Counted from the stretch's first letter, positions 9,344 through 19,665 are shown. The stretch: 57,545 bases of DNA from an uncultured Pelagibacteraceae bacterium (GCA_902620265.1 CACNHI010000001.1:1-57545); one strand, 5' to 3'. The notes: generated by a model not told the origin, from the letters alone. Made by a program: numbers and translations.

Positions 9344-11118
9344 TTAAGAAGGTAAATCTATTTTGATTGTTGCTCCAATTTTATTCTCAACAAGTTTTAA
9401 AATTCCATTATGGTCATTAATTATTTTATTTACTATAGGAAGTCCTAAGCCAGTACCATTACTCTTTGTTGTGAAATATGGTTTAAGCAAATCATCCAAA
9501 TTATTACTATTAAATCCTAGACCATTATCATTAATAATGATTTGTATATAATCATCTTTTTTTAAAATTTCTATATCAATTTTCTTTGAAAAATCAGGAC
9601 TTTTTATGAATTTCTCTTTTAAGCTCTCAATAGAGTTTTTAAAAAGGTTTGTAAAGACTCTATTTAATTGCTCTGAGTCACAATTTATATTTAATGGTTC
9701 GTTAAAGGATTTAAAGCTTATATTTACTGATTTATCAATTTCATTCATCAATAATATATTTTCTTTTATTATTTTCACAATATTATGCTTTTTTAAAATT
9801 GGTTTTGGCATTCTAGCAAAATCAGAAAATTCATTTATTAAATTTTCTATTTGTTTAATTTGCTTGTTTATGATTTTTAAATTTTCATTAAAATTTGATT
9901 TATCATTCTCACTCAAAAGATTTGAAAACTTTGAATTAAATCTATCAATAATTAATTGTATGGGCGTTAGAGGATTTTTGATCTCATGTGCTAATTTTCT
10001 AGCAACATTTTCCCATGCTTCGTGTCGCTCAGTAAGAAGTAATTTGTCTTGTTGAGTTTTTAAACGATCAATCATCAAATTGAAATTTTTATTTAGTGAT
10101 TCAAGCTCTTTATCTGTTTTTATTTCAGGAACTTTAGTATCTAAATTTCCTCTACCAATACTCATTGATGCGTTTACTAAATTGTTAATTGATCTAAAAA
10201 ACCTCGAGGAAAACCTTATAGCTATTGAAACACTTAAAAATAGCATTAAAGAAACAACTATTAAATAAATTAATATAAAAGAGATTTGTATTCCTGTTCT
10301 TTTATCTTCGACAGTATAATAAAAATTAAGTGCTTCTTGAGACTCTGTCAAATATTTGGAAATATCTTGTTCTAAATATTTAACAACATATATATATGTG
10401 TTTTTATAATTTGGAAGCTTAAGTATTGCTGCAGATTTATTTTCAAATGCATTTATAATTTTAAGAGGTCTGTCATCTTTCATTACTAAATCAAATGCTT
10501 TTTGATCTGGTGCTATGAATTTCTTCATATCGTTTAAAGTTGACATGATAATTTTTTTTTGGTCAGTAATTATATGTATCTCATCTACATTACGTAAAAT
10601 TTTTTGGTTAATTAAGAATTTTTTAAAATCAAGCGGATCACTTTGATAAAAATTTCCACTTTTGTTTATATCAAAAGTTATCATCACAATATCACTCTCT
10701 ATCTTATTTCTTACATCTTGGACATAATTTTTAGCTAACTCATAAGAGTTGTTGACAGCGGTTGTAATTTTTTATCAAAATATTTCTCTAAAGCGAAAGA
10801 AAACAAAAAGAGAGAGAAAATTGATATTAGTATTGATGGTATTAAAGTGAATAAGGCAAAAAAAGTAATATACTTTTTATTTGATTTTGAACCTTTTACA
10901 TCGATTTCATTTTTAATGGATTTTTTTATTTCAAGAAAAACAAAAACAAAAAAGAATAATAGTAATACAATGTTTGCGAGTAATAAATATTGTAAATTGA
11001 CCTCATTTAATTCAATAAAACTTTTATCAATAAATGTTAAAAATGTAATAAAACCAACAAATAACGTAATAAGAAAGATTAAAATAATAAAAATATTTTT
11101 TTTTATAAATTCAACCAT
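9344..11118 (-). pseudogene. ntrY: NtrY sensor histidine kinase, frameshifted at an A6 run (10768-10773); pseudogene or sequencing error
   Basis: ORFs 10735..11118 (N-terminal TMs) and 9344..10687 (TM, HAMP, AWENVARKLAHEIKNPLTPI, PYFTTK, GTGLGL) join into one 591-aa frame (..EKYFDKK-ITTAVNNSYELAKNY..) if one A is added. Confidence 0.85.
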
Positions 11119-11152
11119 TGTGTAATAAATTCATTATCTTATATATAACGAA

Positions 11153-12262
11153 ATGAGTAATTGTTTTATAATACTAGCCGCGGGACAAAGCAAAAGGTTT
11201 AAATCAATTAATTTAAAGCAATATACATATTATAGAAATAGACCCGTATTTGAGCATACATTAGATAAAATCTTAGAATGTAAACTCTTCAAATACATAA
11301 TTTTAGTAACAAATAAAAAATCATTTATTAAAAAGAAATATTTATCTAGAATTAGGGTTTTAAAAGGTGGAAAAGAAAGAAGCGATTCTTCTTTAATCGC
11401 CATTAAATATGCTAAGAGGTTTAAAGTTAGAAATATCTTAATCCATGATGCAGCAAGACCAAATTTTTCACTTAAATTAGTTAAAAATGTATTATTTGGT
11501 TTAAAAAAAAATAAAGCTGTGGTGCCATACATTAATTCTACAGATGCAATTAAATACAATGTTAAACAATCACTATTTAACTTAAGAAAAGAAAATATTT
11601 ATTTAGCACAAACTCCCCAAGGTTTTAGGTTCAAAGATATATATAATTTAGCAAAAAAAAATAAAAACAAGATTCCGGATGAGTCTAGCCTATTTATTAA
11701 CAATAACTATAAGGTTAAATTTATTAAAGGTGAAATAGAGAATACTAAAATTACATATAAGAGTGATTTAAAAAATATATCAACGTTTTATGGAATTGGA
11801 TTTGACGTTCACAGACTTGTCAAAGAAAGAAAACTTTATTTAGGTGGATTAGAAATTAAATCATCATTAGGTACATTGGGACATTCTGATGGGGATCCTG
11901 TTTTACATGCCGTAACAGATGCAATTCTTGGAGCCTGCAAAAAGGGTGATATTGGACAGAAATTTTCAAATAAAAATTCTAAGTATAAAAATATAAGATC
12001 AACAATATTATTAAGTAGTGTAATTAAAGAAGTGGATGAAAATAGGTTTTATATAAATAATTTGGATATTAACATAATAACTCAAACGCCTAGAATTTCA
12101 AAATATAAAAATAAAATTGTTAAATCAATTTCAGATATTTGTGGAATATCGAAAAATAAAATAAATATAAAAGGTAAGACAACAGAAAAATTGGGAATAA
12201 TTGGGAAGGAAAAAGCCATTGCTTGTGAGGTAATTGCTTCAATATCAAAATATGATTTATAA
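11153..12262 (+). CDS. ispDF: Bifunctional IspD/IspF (MEP pathway)
   Basis: IspD motifs AAGQSKRF, HDAARP, QTPQ, KIT; IspF motifs GFDVH, HSDGD, KTTEKLG. Confidence 0.93.
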   Translation: MSNCFIILAAGQSKRFKSINLKQYTYYRNRPVFEHTLDKILECKLFKYIILVTNKKSFIKKKYLSRIRVLKGGKERSDSSLIAIKYAKRFKVRNILIHDAARPNFSLKLVKNVLFGLKKNKAVVPYINSTDAIKYNVKQSLFNLRKENIYLAQTPQGFRFKDIYNLAKKNKNKIPDESSLFINNNYKVKFIKGEIENTKITYKSDLKNISTFYGIGFDVHRLVKERKLYLGGLEIKSSLGTLGHSDGDPVLHAVTDAILGACKKGDIGQKFSNKNSKYKNIRSTILLSSVIKEVDENRFYINNLDINIITQTPRISKYKNKIVKSISDICGISKNKINIKGKTTEKLGIIGKEKAIACEVIASISKYDL

Positions 12263-12746
12263 ATTTAACTCTTTATTCGTAACATTATTTGGTATTGGTA
12301 GAATAAGCAGAATTCCAGGCAGTGTTGCATCTTTGGTAACTACTATTTTTTTATTTTTTATATTCCAAATTCTAGATTTAGCACCTGATTTAGTTTTAAT
12401 TTGTTTAATTATAATATTTTTTGTTTCTCTTTATTCTATAAATCAGTTTATTAAAAATAAAGAAAATAAAGATCCAAAAGAAATTGTTATAGATGAATTT
12501 ATTGGTCAATCAATACCAATATGTTTATATGAAATAGCTCACGAAGGTTCAAAAGAAACTAACGAAGTTTTAACATTCTATTTTATAATGTTTATTCTAT
12601 TTAGAATATTTGATATTACAAAACCTTACCCTGTTAGTTATTATGATAAAAATTTCAAAAATAGTTTCGGTGTAATTATGGATGACATTTGTGCTGGGTT
12701 ATATGTTGTGGCAGTTATGGTATTATATATGGTTTTCAGCTCATGA
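12252..12746 (+). CDS. pgpA: Phosphatidylglycerophosphatase A
   Basis: PGSVAS, DPKEIVIDEFIGQ, FRIFDITKPYP, GVIMDD; start moved to ATG 12252. Confidence 0.9.
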   Translation: MIYKFNSLFVTLFGIGRISRIPGSVASLVTTIFLFFIFQILDLAPDLVLICLIIIFFVSLYSINQFIKNKENKDPKEIVIDEFIGQSIPICLYEIAHEGSKETNEVLTFYFIMFILFRIFDITKPYPVSYYDKNFKNSFGVIMDDICAGLYVVAVMVLYMVFSS

Positions 12747-13216
12747 AAAAGCTATCTAAAAATATAGTAAAAATACTTAGGACGAAAAAATTAAAAATTT
12801 CTTTTGCAGAGTCATGCACAGGTGGTTTATTAGCTAGTTCGATTACTTCAATTAGTGGATCTTCTAAAATTTTCACTTTAGGAATAGTTACTTACTCAAA
12901 TCAATCAAAAATAAATATTTTAAAAGTTCCAAAGAAAATTATAGCCAAATATGGTGCTGTTAGCTACGAGACATGTTTGGAAATGGTAAAGAATTTGAGT
13001 AAAATTAGTAGAACGAATATATCAATTTCTATAACTGGAATAGCCGGGCCTAAAGGTGGAACTAAAGAAAAACCTGTCGGACTTGTTTATATTGGGTTAA
13101 AAAAAGAAAATAAAATTGTTGTGAAGAAATATTTATTTAAAAACAAAAATCGAAATTCAATTCAAAAAGCTACAGTTATTAAAGCTTTAAACCTTATTTT
13201 AGGTATTTTTAAATAG
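12743..13216 (+). CDS. cinA: CinA C-terminal domain protein / NMN deamidase (PncC)
   Basis: AESCTGG, YSNQSK, GAVS, TGIAGP.GG..KPVG; start at ATG 12743 overlapping the pgpA stop (ATGA). Confidence 0.88.
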   Translation: MKKLSKNIVKILRTKKLKISFAESCTGGLLASSITSISGSSKIFTLGIVTYSNQSKINILKVPKKIIAKYGAVSYETCLEMVKNLSKISRTNISISITGIAGPKGGTKEKPVGLVYIGLKKENKIVVKKYLFKNKNRNSIQKATVIKALNLILGIFK

Positions 13217-13648
13217 TTCCTCCGCTCTTTTTTGAAATGCATCTGCAATTTTATTAAGACCATATGTAAAAGACTTAGTCATTAATATATTTAAAAATTT
13301 ATTTTTTAGCTCAAAATCTACATCAAAGGATACTTCTGTCATGTTATCTTTTTGATTAAAATACCACCTATTTTCAAGATATTTTAATGGACCATCAATA
13401 TTAGTAACGTAAATTGTGTCTTCTTTTTTATTAAATCTCACATCGCTTTTATATGTGTCTTTAAAAATTCCCTTTCCAATTGTCAAATCTGCAATAATAT
13501 AGATATTTTCCCCTTTATCGTTACGCTCATAAACTTTTGAGTTAATACAATAAGGTATAAAATTGGGATACTTGTCTATATCTAAAACTAAATCGATTAA
13601 ATTTTTTTTTTCAATTTGAATTAATCTTTTGACCGATGCTTGAGGCAT
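13199..13648 (-). CDS. ratA: START/SRPBCC ubiquinone-binding protein (Coq10/RatA family)
   Basis: [31 protein letters not shown]; typical position after lipA in alphaproteobacteria. Confidence 0.85.
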   Translation of the reverse strand: MPQASVKRLIQIEKKNLIDLVLDIDKYPNFIPYCINSKVYERNDKGENIYIIADLTIGKGIFKDTYKSDVRFNKKEDTIYVTNIDGPLKYLENRWYFNQKDNMTEVSFDVDFELKNKFLNILMTKSFTYGLNKIADAFQKRAEELFKNT

Positions 13649-14564
13649 TTGTTTTTAAACGTTGGGTTTTTAGTGTTCTAAAATCTTCATCTGCGTGATA
13701 AGAGGATCTAGTTAATGGAGTTGAAGATACTAGTAAAAATCCTTTTGATTTTGCAATTTCCCCAAACTCTTTAAATTCATCGGGATGATAATATTTTTCG
13801 AGTGGATGATGTTTTGAGGAAGGTTGTAAATATTGACCAATTGTTAAAAAATCAACTCTGGCAGAGATTAAATCATCCATAACTTGTAAAACTTCATCCT
13901 TTTTTTCGCCTAGACCAATCATTATTCCAGATTTAGTAAATATATTTTTATTTATCTCTTTAGATTTTTTTAAAAGATCTAGAGATGCAAAGTATCTAGC
14001 TCCTGGTCTGACCTTTCTATAAAGGCTAGGCACTGTTTCAATATTATGGTTAAATACATCTGGATTAGCCTCAATAACTTTTTTATATGACTCACCTTTT
14101 CTAAGGAAATCTGGAGTTAGTACCTCTACAGATGTGTTTGGGTTTAATTTTTTTGTAGCTAAAATTACCTCGTAAAAATGATTTGATCCACCATCAGGTA
14201 AATCATCTCTGTCAACGGATGTTATTACTACATGGTTAAGATTTAATTTTTTTACTGCATTTGATATTTTGTAAGGTTCAAATGGATCAAGCGGTTGTGG
14301 TTTTCCAGTACTAACATCACAAAAAGCACAAGCTCGAGTACAAGTGTCTCCCATTATCATAAAAGTTGCGTGCCTTTTGCTCCAGCATTCAGTTATATTT
14401 GGACAGTTCGCTTCCTGGCAAACTGTAACTAATTTACTTTTATTAATTATACTCTTAGTAATAAAAAATTCTTTACTATTAATTATTTTAGATTTAATCC
14501 AATTAGGTTTCCTCTTTATAGGATTAACTGGTTTATTTACTTTTTCTGGGTGTCTAATCTTCAT
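13611..14564 (-). CDS. lipA: Lipoyl synthase
   Basis: [34 protein letters not shown]. Confidence 0.97.
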   Translation of the reverse strand: MKIRHPEKVNKPVNPIKRKPNWIKSKIINSKEFFITKSIINKSKLVTVCQEANCPNITECWSKRHATFMIMGDTCTRACAFCDVSTGKPQPLDPFEPYKISNAVKKLNLNHVVITSVDRDDLPDGGSNHFYEVILATKKLNPNTSVEVLTPDFLRKGESYKKVIEANPDVFNHNIETVPSLYRKVRPGARYFASLDLLKKSKEINKNIFTKSGIMIGLGEKKDEVLQVMDDLISARVDFLTIGQYLQPSSKHHPLEKYYHPDEFKEFGEIAKSKGFLLVSSTPLTRSSYHADEDFRTLKTQRLKTNASSIGQKINSN

Positions 14565-14862
14565 TATCTATAACTATATATGTTGTTTCCCCCTTTTTAC
14601 CAAGCATCAATTTGTCTCTTATAAGCATATCGATGTAATCATAATCAAGCCTCTGACTTAGAAGTGTATTTTTTAATTCAATATTTTTTATCTTTTCAAG
14701 CGTTTCTTTTTCTTTGATTTTTAGATTTTCTAAAACCTCCTTTTTTTCAAAATATGCAAATAGACCTCTTTGACCTCCAAAAAGATTGGTTAAGATGTAT
14801 AAAAATAAAATAGTTAAAATAATAATTTTTAGATTGTCTTTGATTTTTAATAAAACACTCAC
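14554..14862 (-). CDS. ftsB: Septum formation initiator FtsB/DivIC family
   Basis: One TM helix, G..G motif, coiled coil, [15 protein letters not shown]; directly after eno. Confidence 0.75.
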   Translation of the reverse strand: MSVLLKIKDNLKIIILTILFLYILTNLFGGQRGLFAYFEKKEVLENLKIKEKETLEKIKNIELKNTLLSQRLDYDYIDMLIRDKLMLGKKGETTYIVIDNED

Positions 14863-16112
14863 AAATAATTCATCCTAGCATTAGATCCCAAATCTTCCTC
14901 AATTCTTATTAATTGATTATATTTTGAAACTCTTTCAGATCTTGATAAAGAACCAGTTTTTATTTGATTTGAATTTGTGCCTACCGCAAGGTCTGCAATG
15001 AAAGTATCTTCGCTGTCACCTGATCTGTGTGAAATGACGGTCTTGTATCCAATATTGTTTGCAAATCTAATAACATCTAATGTTTCTGATACTGTCCCAA
15101 TTTGATTGAGTTTAATCAGAATTGAATTAGATGACTCGTATAAAAATCCTTTTTTAAGTCTCTCCAAATTAGTTACATATAGGTCATCACCAACTATTTG
15201 TATTTTTTTTGCAGCTTTATTGAATCTACTCCATGCCAACCAATCATTTTCAAAAAAAGGGTCTTCTATAGACTTTATTTTAAATTTTTTAATTAATTTG
15301 AGATACTTATTGATTGTTTGATCTACATTTAAGTATTTTTTTGAATGAATTGAATATTTCCTGTTTTTATATAATTCATTAGCAGCAACATCTAAGCAAA
15401 TTGATATTTGCTTACCATTTTTGAAGCCAGCTTTTTCAATTGATTTTACTATTAGTTTTAATGCTTCTTCATTGCTTGATATCATTGGAGCAAATCCACC
15501 TTCGTCACCAACAGAAATCGACATTCCTCTATCTGAAATAATTTTTTTTAAACACTGTATTACTAAAAAACACATTCTCACAGCCTCTGAAAAATTTTTT
15601 GCTCCATCCGGACGGATCATAAATTCTTGTATTCTTAATTTATTATTTGCATGTGCGCCCCCATTAATTATATTCATCATTGGAAAAGGTAGTTTGAAGT
15701 TTCTTTTAATTATAAAGTTTTTATAAAGTGGAATTTTTTTAATTTTTGATGAGAGTTTTTTTACAGCCATTGATACAGCTAAAATTGCATTTGCCCCAAT
15801 TTTTGTTTTATGTTTAGTGCCATCTAAATTAATTAAAATTGAATCGATAAGTTCTTGATTATGAACATTTTTATTTAATAATTTTTTTGATATTTTTGAA
15901 TTAATGTATTTGACAGGGCCAAAAACACTCTTTCCAAAATATTTTTTATTTTTTTTGTCTCTTTTCTCATGCGCTTCATAAGAACCCGTTGATGCACCGG
16001 ATGGACAAATTGCACTTGAACTTATTTCATTGCTGAAAACTTCTGCTTCGATGGTTGGGTTTCCTCTACTATCAAATACCTGTCTTGCTATAACTCTGGT
16101 AATTTTACTCAT
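14859..16112 (-). CDS. eno: Enolase
   Basis: DSRGNPT, PSGASTG, GDEGGFAP, VGDDL, SHRSG, KYNQL. Confidence 0.97.
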   Translation of the reverse strand: MSKITRVIARQVFDSRGNPTIEAEVFSNEISSSAICPSGASTGSYEAHEKRDKKNKKYFGKSVFGPVKYINSKISKKLLNKNVHNQELIDSILINLDGTKHKTKIGANAILAVSMAVKKLSSKIKKIPLYKNFIIKRNFKLPFPMMNIINGGAHANNKLRIQEFMIRPDGAKNFSEAVRMCFLVIQCLKKIISDRGMSISVGDEGGFAPMISSNEEALKLIVKSIEKAGFKNGKQISICLDVAANELYKNRKYSIHSKKYLNVDQTINKYLKLIKKFKIKSIEDPFFENDWLAWSRFNKAAKKIQIVGDDLYVTNLERLKKGFLYESSNSILIKLNQIGTVSETLDVIRFANNIGYKTVISHRSGDSEDTFIADLAVGTNSNQIKTGSLSRSERVSKYNQLIRIEEDLGSNARMNYL

Positions 16113-16936
16113 TTAATTTTTACAAGCTTATCTATTTCATATAATTGATTTAATAATTGCTCTAATTTATTAATTGGTAACATATTTGGCCCATCCGAAG
16201 GTGCATTATCTGGATCTTGATGCGTTTCGATAAAAACGCCTGCAACACCAACTGCTACAGCAGCTCTAGCTAAATATTCTACAAATTCTCTTTGACCACC
16301 ACTTTTATCACCCATCCCACCAGGTTGTTGTACAGAATGAGTAGCATCAAATATTACAGGATATCCAAGTTTAGACATTATTGGTAATGATCTCATATCT
16401 GATACTAGAGTATTGTAACCAAAGCTTGCTCCTCTCTCTGTAACCAAAATATTATTATTTCCAGACTCAGAAATTTTTTTTGTCACATTTGCCATATCCC
16501 ATGGTGCTAAAAATTGACCTTTTTTAACATTGATTATTTTTTTTGTTTTTGCAGCAGCAATTAATAAGTCAGTTTGTCTACAAAGAAATGCTGGAATCTG
16601 CAAAATATCTACATGATTTGATACAGCCAAGCATTGCTCCTCGTTATGAATATCCGTTAAAACAGGAACTTTTAAATCTTTTTTAATTTTATCAAAAACC
16701 GGTAAAGACTTTTCTAATCCAGCACCTCTTTTACCTTTTAAACTTGTTCGATTGGCTTTATCAAACGACGTTTTGTAAATAAAACCAATACTAAATTTAT
16801 CTGCTATTTCTTTTATTTTTCCAGCCATATCCATTGAATGTTGTTCGGATTCCAATTGGCATGGACCCGCAATTAAAGTGAATGTATCTTTATTTGAGAT
16901 TTTTATTCCATTACAATTAATTGTTTTATTTTCCAT
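16109..16936 (-). CDS. kdsA: KDO-8-phosphate synthase
   Basis: AGPC, SFDKANRTS, QIPAFLCRQT, KKGQF, DATHSVQ, SDGPN. Confidence 0.97.
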   Translation of the reverse strand: MENKTINCNGIKISNKDTFTLIAGPCQLESEQHSMDMAGKIKEIADKFSIGFIYKTSFDKANRTSLKGKRGAGLEKSLPVFDKIKKDLKVPVLTDIHNEEQCLAVSNHVDILQIPAFLCRQTDLLIAAAKTKKIINVKKGQFLAPWDMANVTKKISESGNNNILVTERGASFGYNTLVSDMRSLPIMSKLGYPVIFDATHSVQQPGGMGDKSGGQREFVEYLARAAVAVGVAGVFIETHQDPDNAPSDGPNMLPINKLEQLLNQLYEIDKLVKIK

Positions 16937-18549
16937 TATTTTGATTTAGCAGCCTTAATAAAGGAAGAGAATAAAGGATGAGGGTTTAAAGGTCTAGATT
17001 TAAATTCTGGATGAAACTGAACACCAATAAACCATGGGTGATTCTTTAATTCGATTATTTCAGGCAAATTATTGTTTGGCGACATTCCAGAAAAAATCAT
17101 ACCATTGGACTCAAACTTACTTTGCAAATGTTTATTAACCTCATATCTATGCCTGTGTCTTTCTTTAATATTAGTTGAATTGTATATTTTTTTTACTAGG
17201 GAATTATGTCTTAATTTTGCTTCATAAAGACCTAGTCTCATAGTACCACCTAATTCTTTATTAGTACCTTTAATTATTTTTCCATCTTTATCCCATTCAT
17301 TCATCAGACCAATAACCGGAAAGCATTTTTTATCTAACTCGGATGATCCTGCATGCTTAATATTCAGTTTATTTCTAGCAAATTCAATAACAGCCATTTG
17401 CATACCAAAACATATTCCAAAGAAAGGAATTTTATTTCTTCTAGCAAAATTAATTGCTGCTATTTTGCCCTCTGTACCCCTTTTTCCAAAACCACCTGGT
17501 ATTAGAATACCTGACACATTTTTAAGTAATTTCTTAACATCTTGTTTCTTTAAATTATCAGACTCAATTCTTAGTAGATTTACTTTTACTTTATTAAAAA
17601 TTCCACCATGAATTAAAGCTTCATCTAAAGATTTATAAGCATCTTTTAAATTAACGTATTTTCCAATAATCGCTATATTCACTTGTTTTTTTGAATTTAA
17701 AACAGTATCGGTTATTTTTTTCCACGGTGTTAAATTTGCATTTTTTTTTGGTCTAATATTAAAATATTTTAAAACTTGTCTATTTAATTTTTCTTTGTGA
17801 AAACTTATTGGTGCTTCATAGATTGTTCTTACATCAACAGTTTCAATAACATTATCTATTGGCACATTGCAAAATAAAGATATTTTTTTTCTTTGGTCTA
17901 TCGGAATAGATTTTTGTGATCTACATATCACTATATCTGGTTGAATACCCAAACTTCTAAGCTCCTTAACTGAATGTTGCGTTGGTTTAGTTTTAATTTC
18001 ATCAGATGATTTTAAAAAAGGAACAAGTGTCAGATGTATAAATAAGCTTCTTTTTTTTCCTACATCATTTGCAAATTGTCTTATGGCTTCTACAAAAGGT
18101 AAACTCTCAATATCTCCTACGGTTCCACCTATTTCACAAATTACAAAATCTTCATTAGTTATATCACCTTTAATAAATTCTTTAATTCTATCAGTTACAT
18201 GAGGTATCACTTGTACAGTTTTACCTAAGTACTTGCCTGTTCTTTCTTTTTTAATTATATCGCTGTAAATTTTTCCTGTAGTTATATTGTCTGTTTTTTT
18301 TGCAGAAATATTTGAGAATCTTTCGTAATGGCCTAAATCTAAATCTGTCTCTGCGCCATCATCGGTGACAAAAACTTCACCATGTTGAAATGGGCTCATC
18401 GTACCAGGATCTACATTTAAGTAAGGATCCATTTTTCTCAGTCTTACCTTGTAGCCTTGAGACTTAAGTAAATAAGCTAGTGAAGCTGAAGATAAACCTT
18501 TTCCTAAAGATGAGACCACGCCGCCAGTAACGAATATATATCGCGCCAT
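16936..18549 (-). CDS. pyrG: CTP synthase
   Basis: GGVVSSLGKG, KTKPTQHS, GICFGMQ, RHRHRYE, QFHPEF. Confidence 0.98.
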   Translation of the reverse strand: MARYIFVTGGVVSSLGKGLSSASLAYLLKSQGYKVRLRKMDPYLNVDPGTMSPFQHGEVFVTDDGAETDLDLGHYERFSNISAKKTDNITTGKIYSDIIKKERTGKYLGKTVQVIPHVTDRIKEFIKGDITNEDFVICEIGGTVGDIESLPFVEAIRQFANDVGKKRSLFIHLTLVPFLKSSDEIKTKPTQHSVKELRSLGIQPDIVICRSQKSIPIDQRKKISLFCNVPIDNVIETVDVRTIYEAPISFHKEKLNRQVLKYFNIRPKKNANLTPWKKITDTVLNSKKQVNIAIIGKYVNLKDAYKSLDEALIHGGIFNKVKVNLLRIESDNLKKQDVKKLLKNVSGILIPGGFGKRGTEGKIAAINFARRNKIPFFGICFGMQMAVIEFARNKLNIKHAGSSELDKKCFPVIGLMNEWDKDGKIIKGTNKELGGTMRLGLYEAKLRHNSLVKKIYNSTNIKERHRHRYEVNKHLQSKFESNGMIFSGMSPNNNLPEIIELKNHPWFIGVQFHPEFKSRPLNPHPLFSSFIKAAKSK

Positions 18550-18586
18550 GGAATTATGTTATAGCGAATTATTTTAAAAATGAAAA
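18550..18586 (-). promoter_or_regulatory. Putative pyrG promoter giving a leaderless or near-leaderless transcript
   Basis: TTTTCA-N17-TATAAC (context GCTATAAC), then ATAATTCC-ATG; no Shine-Dalgarno sequence. Confidence 0.55.
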
Positions 18587-18589
18587 TAC

Positions 18590-18892
18590 TTAATTATTAT
18601 TTTCAGGAATTTTTGGAACTTCTCCTGAATTTTGCTCCATTTTATCAATCACTGACGACTCTGTCTCAAGATCACCCCTAGATATGATTGTTAATGAAAG
18701 ACTGCAAATTATAAACAAAGTAGCAATTATAGCCGTTGCTTTTGTCATAAAATCACCTGCTGTTCTAGAAAACATAAAACTTTCTTGAGAAACACCAATT
18801 CCTAGCGCTCCCCCCTCAGATTTCTGCAATAAAACGATTATTACCAATATTACAGCTAATATCACATTTATCACTAATAGAATATTTTCCAT
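18590..18892 (-). CDS. secG: Preprotein translocase subunit SecG
   Basis: VLLQKSEGGALG; two TM helices; tpiA-secG-pyrG synteny. Confidence 0.92.
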   Translation of the reverse strand: MENILLVINVILAVILVIIVLLQKSEGGALGIGVSQESFMFSRTAGDFMTKATAIIATLFIICSLSLTIISRGDLETESSVIDKMEQNSGEVPKIPENNN

Positions 18893-18897
18893 GAGAA

Positions 18898-19653
18898 TTA
18901 ATTAAACGTTTTTTTTATTATATCAATAAATATATTGCTATTTTGGGATGCACCACCTATTAAAAATCCATCAAGATTTGTTATATTTTTTAAAAGATTT
19001 ACATTCTTTTGATTAACAGATCCACCATATAAAACTTTTGGATTTTTATATTTCATCTTATTACTTAAAAATAATTTTATTATCCTAGTGGTATTTTCTA
19101 AGTCTTCTATTTTTGGAATCATGCCTGAACCTATAGACCAAACTGGCTCATAAGCGATTATTATATTTTTTTTATTTTTTATTTTTTTAAGACCTTTGCT
19201 TATCTGACTTAGTAAGGTTTTTTTTGTTAATTTTTTCTTTCTTTGTCCAAATGTTTCACCAATGCAAAAAATTACTTTTAAATTATTTTGAAGAGCAGAG
19301 ATAATTTTTCTGTTAATGATATTATCGGTTTCACCTTTAGCTCTTTTTTCGGAGTGTCCTAATATAACGTATTCACATTTTAAAGATTTTATCATCATTG
19401 CATTTATAGATCCAGTGGGTGGACCATAGTTAGACCCAAAGCTACAATTTTGTGCTCCAGTCTTAATAGTGGTATTTTTCAATTTTTGTATAAAAGGATG
19501 TATCAATGTGAAGGGAGGACAGTAAATAATTTTTAAATTTTTTGCATTTTTATTTTTTTTCTTGAATTTTATAACTTTATTTAATGAATTAAGGCTATTT
19601 AAATGGCCAAACATTTTCCAATTAGCAACAAAATATCTTAATTTATTTGTCAT
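18898..19653 (-). CDS. tpiA: Triosephosphate isomerase
   Basis: NWKM, GHSE, AYEPVW, YGGSV, GGAS. Confidence 0.96.
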   Translation of the reverse strand: MTNKLRYFVANWKMFGHLNSLNSLNKVIKFKKKNKNAKNLKIIYCPPFTLIHPFIQKLKNTTIKTGAQNCSFGSNYGPPTGSINAMMIKSLKCEYVILGHSEKRAKGETDNIINRKIISALQNNLKVIFCIGETFGQRKKKLTKKTLLSQISKGLKKIKNKKNIIIAYEPVWSIGSGMIPKIEDLENTTRIIKLFLSNKMKYKNPKVLYGGSVNQKNVNLLKNITNLDGFLIGGASQNSNIFIDIIKKTFN

Positions 19654-19665
19654 ATTTAATTATTT

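Noticed and set aside
12743-13216. cinA as evidence of competence
   Set aside because: Only the PncC (NMN deamidase) domain is present; this is NAD salvage.
13199-13648. RatA as a toxin-antitoxin system
   Set aside because: No antitoxin partner; the family is the Coq10-like quinone-binding protein in its usual lipA context.
14859-19653. Lys-rich Eno and TpiA with small motif changes (GHSEKR, WSIGSG, SGDSED) as neofunctionalised enzymes
   Set aside because: Catalytic residues are retained; the drift fits genome-wide AT pressure.
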